Shown piece by piece: positions 1 through 9,093 of a stretch of 60,660 nucleotides of DNA. The notes below the pieces were generated by a model, which was given only the letters and a program-made list of their open reading frames with translations, was not told the origin of the DNA and searched no databases. Position 1 is the stretch's first letter. Every line of letters begins with the position of its first letter. The stretch comes from an uncultured Gammaproteobacteria bacterium. Lineage in GTDB: Bacteria; Patescibacteriota; Patescibacteriia; UBA1558; 2-01-FULL-52-15. Location of the stretch: NCBI GenBank assembly GCA_964441335.1, contig CAYTUI010000002.1:1-60660 (forward strand), given 5' to 3'. A program made the translations under genes and the position numbers.

Positions 1-118
1 TGGATACTCATTACTGGATAATAGTAAAAAGTGCCAAATGTGTTTAGACATTACCGTTTTACCTTGTAAATTGATTAAAAATATGTCATAGTTTTACCGA
101 GGAGGTAAAGCTATTTTT

Positions 119-934
119 ATGTATTCAACTTCCGCAGTCAGAGAACAATTTCACTGTAAAAATCGCACGGATATTAAGAAAAAAGCCTTGCCATTTTTTT
201 ATCCGGCGGATAATAAGGATAATCTGGCAATATTAGTTCATGGTTTTAGTGGCTCTCCTTTTGAACTACAGGAGCTTGGAAAATTTTTATCAGAGCACAA
301 TATCAATGCCCAAGGAGTATTATTAGCCGGGCATGGAGGCAGTTACGACATTTTTGCGCAGGCAGATTATCGGGATTGGTGGAATAGCGTAAAGACGGAA
401 ATTGACACTCTAAAAGAAGAATATAAAAATATTTATCTTATTGGTTATTCGTTCGGCTCTAATATCGTTATGGATATAGCATCTCGTTACCCCAGCATTT
501 TTAAGGGAGTCGTTTGTTTAGGTCCATCAATGTATTTACGTAAACATCGGGCAATTAAGAGTCTTTTTTATTTTTATCGCTTATATAATAAAAAGAAGGT
601 CAATAAGGCTAGAATGCCTAAAACTAGAAGGGCTATATTTGAAAGCCGAGGCACTCATATAACTTTGCCCATGTCTTCTTTAAAAAGTTTTTTTTATTTC
701 ATAGACGATTTTACCAAAAAACAGCTTGATCAATTTATTTCACCGATTTTACTTATTCATTCCAGGGATGATGCGGTATCTAGTCCAAAAAGTTCGGAAA
801 TGATATTTGAGAGAATTAATAGTGAGGATAAGGAGCTTTTTATTCTTAACGAGTTTGAACATAATCCTTTAAATTCCCGTAATAGGGATGTAATTTTTGA
901 TAAAATATTAACATTTATTGAGGAGCATCAATAA
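119..934 (+). CDS. alpha/beta-fold hydrolase (carboxylesterase / lysophospholipase-like)
   Basis: HGFSGSP motif, GYSFGS nucleophile elbow (G-x-S-x-G), later SRDD and EHNP for the acid/His; GGAGG upstream of the ATG; stop overlaps the next start (TAATG). Confidence 0.8.
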   Translation: MYSTSAVREQFHCKNRTDIKKKALPFFYPADNKDNLAILVHGFSGSPFELQELGKFLSEHNINAQGVLLAGHGGSYDIFAQADYRDWWNSVKTEIDTLKEEYKNIYLIGYSFGSNIVMDIASRYPSIFKGVVCLGPSMYLRKHRAIKSLFYFYRLYNKKKVNKARMPKTRRAIFESRGTHITLPMSSLKSFFYFIDDFTKKQLDQFISPILLIHSRDDAVSSPKSSEMIFERINSEDKELFILNEFEHNPLNSRNRDVIFDKILTFIEEHQ

Positions 935-2631
935 TGTCAATTTACGATAAATTTGTAGGGTCGGTCAAAGCGCAGGGTGAGCGTCCTTTTTTGGCTGAAC
1001 TTGACGACAATAAATATATATCATCAAGCTACAACCAGATACTAAAAGATGTTAATCGCTTAGCCAAAGGCTTACAATCGTTGGGCTTAAATAAAGGTGA
1101 CCATTTGTCGGTATTGTTAGAGAATGGTGTTGATTGGATTATTATTGATTTGGCCTGCGCTCAACTGGGAATAATTCATGTGCCGATTCATGCTACATAC
1201 AATTATGATAATATCTCACATGTTTTAGCTAATTCCGAGACCCGTCATCTAATAATTAGCGAAGAGTTACATAACAAATTTGGACGACAGCTCGGCGATC
1301 TTAAATTGGAACATTTAATTATTTGTACTGGCAGGAGTGAAGGTGATTACGACGCCTTATTTAAGAAAGGGGAGACGACCGAATCATTGGTGACAGATGA
1401 TAATGATGTTCATACCATAATATATACCTCCGGTACTACTGGTAAACCTAAAGGAGTGATGCTATCGCATCGCAACATATTATTTGATGTTGTAGCCGCT
1501 AAAAATTATATTGATATAAAAAAGACCGATAGGTTCTTCTCTTTTTTGCCGCTGTCTCATGTATTAGAAAGAACTGGCGGATATTACACCCCTATGATGT
1601 CAGGGTCTTCCATTTATTTTGCGACTAGTCAGGCGAATTTAGCCCATGATATAAAAATTGCCAAACCAACCGTTATGTTGTCGGTCCCCAGAATTTTTGA
1701 GAAAGTTTATGAGAAAATTATGGCCAAGGTTGAGGCCGGTAGTCCGAAAAAAAAGGAGCTTTTTTTCAAAGCTATTATATTAAAGCGTCAGAAAATGTCG
1801 GAGAAACTGTCAGTCGTTAAAGCTGTGGAACTTAAGGTTTTGGAATTATTGGTCATAAAAAAGATTAAAGCTTCATTAGGCGGACGTTTAAGATTTACAG
1901 TTTCCGGCGGTGCTTCTTTAGATAAACAAATCGCCAGATTTTTTGAAAGTATAGGTATTAAGATAATAGAAGGTTACGGACTAACCGAGACTTCGCCTAT
2001 TGTGGCGGAAAATAAGCTGGAGCATTATAAATTTGGAACTGTCGGGCTACCATTGCCGGGCATAAAAATAAAGATAGGCTCTGGCAAGGAAATCTTGGTT
2101 AAGGGCGATTGTGTCATGCAAGGCTATTACAATAATCCTGAAGCCACCAAGGAGATAATTGATGCAGATGGTTGGCTACATACTGGTGATCAAGGTTATA
2201 TTGATAGTGACGGATTTTTAACGATTATTGGTCGGTTGAAGGAGGTTATTGTGCTGTCAACAGGTAAGAATATTAATCCGGTAAATATTGAACAGGCGTT
2301 AAATATCAACAAATATATTACCCAGTCTATGGTTTATGGTAATAAACAAAAGAAATTATCCGCTATTATTGTGCCTGATTTAGTGGAGTTGGGTCTCTGG
2401 CTAAGCGACCATGATTTTCAACTGGTACCGCAAGATTCCCTCAATCATCCGCAGGTCCAAGCTCTATTCACCGAGCAGATTAAGCAAAGTTTGGAGAAGT
2501 ATGATAAAATAGAACAGGTGAGTGATTTTAAATTAGTAGCGGAGGAGTTTACGCAAGAAAATGGGTTGGTGACTCCAACGTTGAAGATGAGGAGGAATTT
2601 AATTTTGAGCATAAATAAGTTATATGAATGA
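934..2631 (+). CDS. long-chain acyl-CoA synthetase (AMP-forming, FadD-like)
   Basis: AMP-binding signature YTSGTTGKPKGV, GYGLTET, GWLHTGD; length typical of the family; overlaps both neighbours. Confidence 0.9.
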   Translation: MSIYDKFVGSVKAQGERPFLAELDDNKYISSSYNQILKDVNRLAKGLQSLGLNKGDHLSVLLENGVDWIIIDLACAQLGIIHVPIHATYNYDNISHVLANSETRHLIISEELHNKFGRQLGDLKLEHLIICTGRSEGDYDALFKKGETTESLVTDDNDVHTIIYTSGTTGKPKGVMLSHRNILFDVVAAKNYIDIKKTDRFFSFLPLSHVLERTGGYYTPMMSGSSIYFATSQANLAHDIKIAKPTVMLSVPRIFEKVYEKIMAKVEAGSPKKKELFFKAIILKRQKMSEKLSVVKAVELKVLELLVIKKIKASLGGRLRFTVSGGASLDKQIARFFESIGIKIIEGYGLTETSPIVAENKLEHYKFGTVGLPLPGIKIKIGSGKEILVKGDCVMQGYYNNPEATKEIIDADGWLHTGDQGYIDSDGFLTIIGRLKEVIVLSTGKNINPVNIEQALNINKYITQSMVYGNKQKKLSAIIVPDLVELGLWLSDHDFQLVPQDSLNHPQVQALFTEQIKQSLEKYDKIEQVSDFKLVAEEFTQENGLVTPTLKMRRNLILSINKLYE

Positions 2632-3820
2632 CATTAGAAGAGTCTATAGATACATTCAGGATAAAATAATTTTACCTCAGTCCATTACTCTTGATGGCCC
2701 CACCGGCCCAATTGTGTCAGTAGAAAATAAAGATATTTTGATGCTCGGGTCTTATAATTATTTGGGGTTGGCTAATAACAAGGCATTGATTGAGGAAGCT
2801 ATTAAGACAATTAGTACATTTGGGGCGGGGACTGGAGGAGTGCGAATATTAACGGGTACAATGTCCATTCATAAGAAATTGGATAGAGAGGTAGCCGATT
2901 TTACGGGATATGAGGACTCATTAAGTATTGCTTCGGGCTATGGAGCTAATGTGGGTGTTATTCCGGGATTTATTAATTTGATGGGAATGGCTAAGAGTAT
3001 TTTTTTTAAGAAATCCGTGATTCTAAGTGATGAGTATAATCATGCGAGCATAGTAGATGGATGTAGATTAGCTAACGCAAAAATAGAGATATATAAACAC
3101 AATGATGTTAAAGATCTCGAAAAGCTAGTATCAAAGTATAAGAGATACAGGAAGCTTATAGTAACTGATGGTGTTTTTTCAATGGACGGTGACATCGCGC
3201 CACTTAATGCAATATTAGATATAGCAAAAGTTTATGATGCGAGTACTATGGTGGATGATGCTCATGCAGTAGGGATAATAGGGGATCATGGCGCGGGAAC
3301 CGCGTCATATTTTGGCAGACCTGGCCAGGTTACTATAAATATGGGCACCTTTAGTAAAGGTCTGGGTGTTTCGGGAGGGTTTATTTCTGGCTCATCAGAT
3401 TTGATCAATTATATGCGATTAGCATGCCGTTCTTACATGTTTTCTGACGCTCTAGCGCCTGGCGTCGTGGGGGCGGTGAGAGAATCTTTAAGATATGTTC
3501 GAAGTCATCCGGAAATTATTGAAGATTTATCCAAAAAATCAGATTATTTTAGATCTAAGTTGAACGCTGTAGGCTTCAATACGTTTAAAAGTAGAACTCA
3601 AATTATCCCAATCTTAATTGGAGATCAAAAAGCTTGTGTCAAATTTGCCGAAAGATTGTTGGAGGAAGGGTTATTTGCGCCTGCGATTAGATGGCCAGCT
3701 GTGCCAAAGAATTTAAGTAGAATTAGGTTCGCCGTTAGTGCTAGTCATAGTTATGAGCAACTTGATTTTGGGATTCAAATTATAACAAGAATTGGTAAGG
3801 AGTTTAAAATTATAGACTAA
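2624..3820 (+). CDS. PLP-dependent alpha-oxoamine synthase (BioF / KBL / serine palmitoyltransferase family)
   Basis: NYLGL, SGYGAN, NHASIVDG, TDGVFSMDGD, VDDAH and PLP-lysine context GTFSKGLG; 8-nt overlap with the acyl-CoA ligase gene. Confidence 0.85.
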   Translation: MNDIRRVYRYIQDKIILPQSITLDGPTGPIVSVENKDILMLGSYNYLGLANNKALIEEAIKTISTFGAGTGGVRILTGTMSIHKKLDREVADFTGYEDSLSIASGYGANVGVIPGFINLMGMAKSIFFKKSVILSDEYNHASIVDGCRLANAKIEIYKHNDVKDLEKLVSKYKRYRKLIVTDGVFSMDGDIAPLNAILDIAKVYDASTMVDDAHAVGIIGDHGAGTASYFGRPGQVTINMGTFSKGLGVSGGFISGSSDLINYMRLACRSYMFSDALAPGVVGAVRESLRYVRSHPEIIEDLSKKSDYFRSKLNAVGFNTFKSRTQIIPILIGDQKACVKFAERLLEEGLFAPAIRWPAVPKNLSRIRFAVSASHSYEQLDFGIQIITRIGKEFKIID

Positions 3821-3827
3821 TCTAGAT

Positions 3828-6602
3828 ATGTTAGTTGTATTGGTCGCGTTTATTCTACTAGGAAGTTTATTTTTAGGAGCTGTTGTTTATTTTAGGAACA
3901 AAAGAAATAAACTAAACATCTATTTTGGTGTGATGGCAGTCGCTAATGCATGCTGGGCATTTGTAAATTTAATGTCCGCCTTTGATCAGAATGCAATTTG
4001 GGTCAGGCTTCAATATACGCTAGGCGCAATTCTTTTAGGAGCTGGCCTGGTGTGGTTTTTTTATTTAATTGAAAGAAAGTCAAATATTTTTCGAAGCATT
4101 ATAATATACCTTACTTCATTTTTTTTCGCTGTCACTAGTTTATATGGTGAATTGATAATTAAACGCGTTGATAAAATTAATTTTGGAAGTTTTGAGGGAG
4201 AATTTGGTTCGTTGTTCTTTTTTTACACCGCTTTTATTGGATTGACGCTAATTTTTATTGTTATCAGATTATTTGTTGAGACATTTAGATCAACTGGCAA
4301 TAGGAAATTGCAGCTCTTATATGTATCCTTCGGATCTATGGTTTTTGCTGCATTAGCGATTGTTCCAAGTTTTTTGTTGCCCCTTATTGGGTTTAATAGT
4401 TTTAGTCAGTTCGATCTTATTGGTTCTTTTATATATATATCGTTTATTACCTATTCGATAGTACGATATAGACTTATGAACATAAAGATGGTGATTGCCA
4501 GAAGCGTTTTATATTTTCTACTAGTCGCTACAGTAACAAGCTTTTTTACATTTGTTATTTTCTTAATTCGAGAAATTTTTGAAGTAAAAACTCGCATTTC
4601 AGAATGGGCACTGATTATGTTAGCGTCGTTTATAGTGGTAGTTGCTTTGGACCCGCTGAAAAAACTCCTTTCACGAGTCACTGACGATTTTTTTTACAAA
4701 AATAGAGTTAATTACGACCAACTCTTAAGAAATTTAAGTACTATTATCGCCCGAGAAATTGATATGGAGGTTCTGCTTCAACGCATAAAGGACACTTTAC
4801 AGAAAGACCTGAAAGTTAAAAATGTGGATATTGTGATCCACACTGATGGTTACAAAAAAATTAATAATCAGAAGTTTGAAGACTACGCTATAAATGACGA
4901 AATTATCAATTTGATCAAGAGCGCTGATGATATTATAGTCTTGGAAGAATACCGCAGAAAAGTTGAAGATATGTCGGCTTCAGTTTTAAGGGATAATGTG
5001 ACCAAAGCCATAGAGACTATGGATTCTTTAAATTGGCAATTGATTATCCCGGTGATAGTTGAATCCAAACTGACCGCTGTAATTATTTTGGATTATAAAC
5101 TATCCGGCGATGTATATAGTAAAGAAGATATCAGCTTCTTCAATGTTTTTTCTCCACAAATTGCTATCGCCATTGAAAAGTCCCGACTTTATGAGGAAGT
5201 GGAAAATTTCAATCTAGAGTTGAAAGAGAAAATAGACAGGGCAACCAAGAAATTAAAGACTGCTAATGTGGATTTGGGGGAGAGGAATAAGTTTTTAACT
5301 ATTACGCAAAATATCAGTAATTTGATTAGTCGTAATTTGGATATTAATAATGTTATTCAGATTATAGTTGATAGTATATCTACGGAATTGGGGTATATAG
5401 GTGGTATCTTAAGTTTCAAAGACGAGAGTAATAAATATCTTTATCCGGCGGCGATTACCCGGGGAGAAGCGGCTAAGAAGGGTTTGGCTTTATTGCCACG
5501 GCCGGTCAGCGAGTATAAGGCTAATATTGGTAATAAGGAAAATTTTGGAGTGCGCTGTTTCACTACCGGTAGCGCTATTACCAGCGATTCCTTTGCCGAC
5601 TTTTTCGCGCCGCCAATAGAAAAGGAAGCCGCGGATAAAATTCAACAAGCACTTAATATAGTAACAGTCGTGGGCATTCCTATCTACTCGGAAAATAAAA
5701 TTATTGGCGTCATTCATTACTTGTTAGCTATTAAAGAGGGAAGTATTAGTCGTTTGGATTATGAAATGATGAATAATTTGGCTGACCAAGTGGGTATCGT
5801 TTATAGAAACGTTAAACTGTATCAGCAGTTGGAGAATACTAATAAGAAATTACAGGAGGCTAATATCCATTTAAAACGATTGGATCAGGCCAAGTCCGAG
5901 TTTTTATCCATTGCTTCCCATCAATTGCGCACTCCAACTTCAGCCATCAAAGGCTATCTATCTATGTTATTGGAAGGGGATTATGGTCCGGTAAAACCTG
6001 AACAAAGGAAAGTGGTGGCTGTTGTTTATGAAAGCGCCGCGCGGTTAGCCAGATTGATTAATATCTTTTTGAATGTTTCCAGGATTGAAGCCGGCCGTTT
6101 TAAATTAAATAAAGCACCGACTGATATGAATGAAATTATTAAAGGTGTAGTAACTGAATTGCAACAGCAGGCCAAGACTAAAGATTTGGAATTAAAAGTC
6201 AATTTGCCGACTAAGGCGCCGATACTTAATGTGGACAGCGATAAGATCCGCGAAGTTGTTCTTAATCTGGTTGATAATTCCATCAAGTACACAGCAAAAG
6301 GTTTTGTGGAAATTAACAGCCGCGTCAAAGGGGATCGGTATGAATTTTGGACCAGAGATTCGGGTATGGGTATTAGGACCGATGAAGTAAATACGCTTTT
6401 CAAAAAGTTTGTCCGCGGGACAGGAGTGGCGCAGGTTAATACTGGTGGCTCCGGTTTAGGATTATATATTGCCCAAAGAGTAATTAAAGAACATGGCGGC
6501 CATATTTGGGCGGAGAGCGACGGCTTAGACAAAGGCAGTATTTTTAAATTTACTTTAGCTATGGATAAATCCCCGGATATTACGAGTGGGCATTTGAAGT
6601 AG
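3828..6602 (+). CDS. multi-pass membrane sensor histidine kinase with GAF-like regions
   Basis: About 8-9 N-terminal hydrophobic helices; H-box SHQLRTPTSAIKGY; G1 DSGMGI; G2 GGSGLGLYIA; no response regulator adjacent. Confidence 0.9.
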   Translation: MLVVLVAFILLGSLFLGAVVYFRNKRNKLNIYFGVMAVANACWAFVNLMSAFDQNAIWVRLQYTLGAILLGAGLVWFFYLIERKSNIFRSIIIYLTSFFFAVTSLYGELIIKRVDKINFGSFEGEFGSLFFFYTAFIGLTLIFIVIRLFVETFRSTGNRKLQLLYVSFGSMVFAALAIVPSFLLPLIGFNSFSQFDLIGSFIYISFITYSIVRYRLMNIKMVIARSVLYFLLVATVTSFFTFVIFLIREIFEVKTRISEWALIMLASFIVVVALDPLKKLLSRVTDDFFYKNRVNYDQLLRNLSTIIAREIDMEVLLQRIKDTLQKDLKVKNVDIVIHTDGYKKINNQKFEDYAINDEIINLIKSADDIIVLEEYRRKVEDMSASVLRDNVTKAIETMDSLNWQLIIPVIVESKLTAVIILDYKLSGDVYSKEDISFFNVFSPQIAIAIEKSRLYEEVENFNLELKEKIDRATKKLKTANVDLGERNKFLTITQNISNLISRNLDINNVIQIIVDSISTELGYIGGILSFKDESNKYLYPAAITRGEAAKKGLALLPRPVSEYKANIGNKENFGVRCFTTGSAITSDSFADFFAPPIEKEAADKIQQALNIVTVVGIPIYSENKIIGVIHYLLAIKEGSISRLDYEMMNNLADQVGIVYRNVKLYQQLENTNKKLQEANIHLKRLDQAKSEFLSIASHQLRTPTSAIKGYLSMLLEGDYGPVKPEQRKVVAVVYESAARLARLINIFLNVSRIEAGRFKLNKAPTDMNEIIKGVVTELQQQAKTKDLELKVNLPTKAPILNVDSDKIREVVLNLVDNSIKYTAKGFVEINSRVKGDRYEFWTRDSGMGIRTDEVNTLFKKFVRGTGVAQVNTGGSGLGLYIAQRVIKEHGGHIWAESDGLDKGSIFKFTLAMDKSPDITSGHLK

Positions 6603-6824
6603 CGTTTAATATAAGATTTAGCTTTTTATTACCGTGTAGCCTGACTACTCGGTTTTTAGTTTGTAGCCAATAGCAAGTCGTTACCAGTTAATACCAATTA
6701 GTAATTCCCTCATTACTTATTCTTCATTCCTTCGCCCAGCCCTCGGCCATGAGCTCGGGCCGAATGGAGGGCGATCAGGTCGGATGACCTGACATTCCTC
6801 ACTCCTCAATCCTCAACTAACTAA

Positions 6825-6852
6825 TTGACAAACCCTTTATATTTGCTAAAAT
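6825..6852 (+). promoter_or_regulatory. sigma70-like promoter (TTGACA, 16-nt spacer, TAAAAT)
   Basis: TTGACA at 6825-6830 and TAAAAT at 6847-6852, read directly from the sequence. Confidence 0.5.
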
Positions 6853-6865
6853 TGAGTCATTAGAT

Positions 6866-6959
6866 AGCCGTCCATTGACAATAAGCCGTCGCTAAACATG
6901 AGAGAAATTTGGTAGCCGTCGCATTAGCCTGTATATAACCGGAATACGACAGCCGTCGC
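6866..6959 (+). repeat. four same-orientation copies of AGCCGTC(C/G)C
   Basis: Copies at 6866-6873 (AGCCGTCC), 6884-6892, 6914-6922 and 6951-6959. Confidence 0.8.
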
Positions 6960-7158
6960 CAAATATAGCAGACAGGAAATAGGTGTATAAATGCTTTCAA
7001 GCCCTGCCCTTAGTATAAATATTGAGGATAGGCCTGGAAAAGCGGGTTTAGTTCATTACAATATGGGATATTGTCGGAGCTAAAGCTGTTTTATTTTCAT
7101 TGAGGTTAGGATCAACCCCTTGACCAAGGCGTTGAACAATTTAGATCAAACAATATCT

Positions 7159-7184
7159 ACAACCATTAAAGATGGTTGTTTTTG
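7159..7184 (+). terminator. intrinsic terminator / attenuator
   Basis: ACAACCAT-taaag-ATGGTTGT 8-bp stem followed by TTTTG, 32 nt before the ATG at 7216. Confidence 0.65.
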
Positions 7185-7215
7185 TTAAGAGAATGTTTTG
7201 TTTGAGTAATTAAAT

Positions 7216-7683
7216 ATGCACAAATTCCTACTAAAAATTGAATCGCCGATTGAAGATCAGCTTAGAGCGGCAATTGAAGCAGACTCTGTCCTTAATGTTT
7301 ACACGCCTTTTGAAAGTAAGCGTGCGTCTGAGAGCCATGAAGACTTTATAGCCAGAGTCAGAAGTGATGCCTCCAGATATCAGTTTGTAAGCGTTAAGTA
7401 CGACGACTCGTTCTACTATGTGGCCTTTGATTTCTCCGGTCCTCTCATAACTGCGTACGGAAAATTTCAGGTTATTCCTGCACAAGTTGTTGGTGGCACA
7501 TGGGGCGTTCATTACTGCATTTTTTACCCTGGATTAAGCAATGCGTTGGAGCAACAGGAAATTTTTGCGCGGATAGACTCCGGTTGCTTGTCGGGTATGA
7601 TTATGGGAGATATAACATGTGATTGTAAGAATCAACTTGAAGAGTCAATAAAAAAATTGCGCATCAAAAAAGCGGTGTCGTGA
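7216..7683 (+). CDS. GTP cyclohydrolase II family protein, N-terminal part (gene interrupted by a -1 frameshift)
   Basis: RIDSGCLSGMIMGDITCDCKNQL resembles the RibA zinc motif (C-x10-C-x-C); the ORF stops just after A7 and A6 runs. Confidence 0.7.
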   Translation: MHKFLLKIESPIEDQLRAAIEADSVLNVYTPFESKRASESHEDFIARVRSDASRYQFVSVKYDDSFYYVAFDFSGPLITAYGKFQVIPAQVVGGTWGVHYCIFYPGLSNALEQQEIFARIDSGCLSGMIMGDITCDCKNQLEESIKKLRIKKAVS

Positions 7684-8135
7684 TTGAAATACCTGGTCAG
7701 GATGGTAGAGGGTGGCATCAGTACAAGATGGCCAATCAGTATTTAATGAACGAGTTGGAAATGAATACAGTTGAGGCCGCTCGAGCCTTTTATAAGAAGG
7801 AGGAATATATTGATCGTAGATCCTACCATGAATGTGCTATCATTTTGCGCGCCCTAGGATTTAACGAGAACCACAGCTTTTCACTTGGTACGAATAACCC
7901 ATCCAAGACCAAAGCATTCCAGAGGTTTGGGTTTAATTTAAAGAGGGTAGAAACGGTAGTGGCCAAGGAATTGAGTGTTTATGCTATTAAAAACCTTAAC
8001 GCAAAACAGAAGGAGTGGAATCATGAAAAAAGACCTGAGACTGAAGGGACCGGTCGCGATAGAAGGATTGTCGGGGACCGGGAAAGGAACGGTCGCGAAG
8101 TTACTCGCGCAGCAGTTGGGGATTATGTACTTTGA
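7680..8135 (+). CDS. GTP cyclohydrolase II family protein, C-terminal part (frame -1 relative to 7216-7683)
   Basis: IEIPGQDGRGW, NTVEAA and TNNPSK segments resemble the RibA C-half; the last ~110 nt overlap cmk and look like read-through tail. Confidence 0.65.
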   Translation: MIEIPGQDGRGWHQYKMANQYLMNELEMNTVEAARAFYKKEEYIDRRSYHECAIILRALGFNENHSFSLGTNNPSKTKAFQRFGFNLKRVETVVAKELSVYAIKNLNAKQKEWNHEKRPETEGTGRDRRIVGDRERNGREVTRAAVGDYVL

Positions 8136-8706
8136 CATCGGCCTGGTATTTCGCGGGGCTACCTATCTTTACCAGCAGGGAATAATAAATAATCTTGCGG
8201 ATGTCTATGCAAAGATTTTGAAGCAGGATTTGGTGAAGTATGTTTGGGATGGTGGGCAATGTTTTTTTGAGGCAGATGGTCAGGATTTAACTGAACGCAT
8301 ACGGACAGAAGAGGTCGCGACTCAAACAAGCAGCATGCTCGTTAGTGGCGCCCGCATGAAAATGATGGGCTTGATAGCCAGAGCATTGGTTAGACAAGTG
8401 CAGGTGTATGTGTGCGACGGGCGCGCTGTGTCGCAGTTTCTGTGTCCTGACGCATCTCATGTGTTTTATCTGACAGCGGATGAACATGTGCGGGTGGATC
8501 GCCGATATCAGGAGCTGTTGGCACGTGGTCAATCTGTCAGTCGGGCTGACGTAGCTAGTCTTATCCGGGCGCGTGATAAGGCAGATATGGAACGGGAAGT
8601 ATATCCCCAGATTATTTTCCCAACCTATCACCTGATTGACACGACGTATTTGACACCGCAGTCTGTGCGTCAGAGACTTATGGGCATTATCAAGGAGACA
8701 ATATGA
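8023..8706 (+). CDS. cmk: cytidylate kinase-like
   Basis: P-loop IEGLSGTGKGTVAKLLA, RTEEV, CDGRA, LTADEHVRVDRR and ARDKADMER match type-1 CMP kinase; the ATG at 8023 is preceded by AGGAGTGG. Confidence 0.8.
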   Translation: MKKDLRLKGPVAIEGLSGTGKGTVAKLLAQQLGIMYFDIGLVFRGATYLYQQGIINNLADVYAKILKQDLVKYVWDGGQCFFEADGQDLTERIRTEEVATQTSSMLVSGARMKMMGLIARALVRQVQVYVCDGRAVSQFLCPDASHVFYLTADEHVRVDRRYQELLARGQSVSRADVASLIRARDKADMEREVYPQIIFPTYHLIDTTYLTPQSVRQRLMGIIKETI

Positions 8707-9077
8707 AACGAGCAGAAAAACCGAGAAAAATCCAAATTCGGCGAGATCAGCACTTTAAAAAGAGAGGTGGTTTTGCCAAAGTTTACCGCATCATTTGCGG
8801 AGATTGTGGCCAGCCAGTGCTGATTTATCAGAAAGACGGTGTTGGCCACTTGTTTCGCTGTTACCTCAACAGGATCCACTGGCCGGATGTCGTGGCCAAT
8901 TTGTCTCAAGACAGGTGTCTGGGTGTTGAAACGCTACCACCTTTGGTCTGCCTAAATTGCGAAAATGTCATTGGTATACCAATGCGTCACCATGACGGAC
9001 GTCTGGCGTTTAAGCTACGACAAGGCTACTTCCGTAAGGTTCTTTACAAGGAGGAAACTCTACCAAGCCAGCCATAG
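8703..9077 (+). CDS. hypothetical zinc-ribbon protein
   Basis: Two CxxC pairs (CGDCG, CLNCE); ATGA start/stop overlap with cmk; no family recognised. Confidence 0.6.
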   Translation: MKRAEKPRKIQIRRDQHFKKRGGFAKVYRIICGDCGQPVLIYQKDGVGHLFRCYLNRIHWPDVVANLSQDRCLGVETLPPLVCLNCENVIGIPMRHHDGRLAFKLRQGYFRKVLYKEETLPSQP

Positions 9078-9093
9078 CTCTGCTATGGCTGGC
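9067..9093 (+). terminator. GC-rich hairpin at the operon end (no T-run)
   Basis: GCCAGCCATAG-ctctg-CTATGGCTGGC, a perfect 11-bp stem overlapping the stop codon. Confidence 0.45.

Larger units (their letters stand above)
6860..7184 (+). ncRNA. candidate long structured leader or ncRNA upstream of the GTP-cyclohydrolase-II-like operon
   Basis: Bounded by the promoter above and an intrinsic terminator at 7159-7184; no ORF of 60 aa or more; contains four AGCCGTC(G/C)C repeats; class unknown. Confidence 0.35.

Noticed and set aside
4451-6532. Four minus-strand ORFs (4451-4681, 4883-5068, 5490-5717, 6026-6532) inside the histidine kinase gene
   Set aside because: They are antisense to a gene with unambiguous H-box and ATPase motifs, and they have no SD or motifs of their own.
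6860-7184. FMN (RFN) riboswitch, expected upstream of a RibA-like gene
   Set aside because: None of the conserved RFN core segments I remember (for example GGGCAGGGTGAAATTCCC and AGTCTGGATGGGAGA) are present. Purine, preQ1, ZTP, THF and ykkC cores were also not seen.
7975-8022. Longer start for the cmk-like gene (MFMLLKTLTQNRRSGI...)
   Set aside because: The ATG at 8023 is preceded by AGGAGTGG and gives the normal short distance to the P-loop. The extension has no homology.
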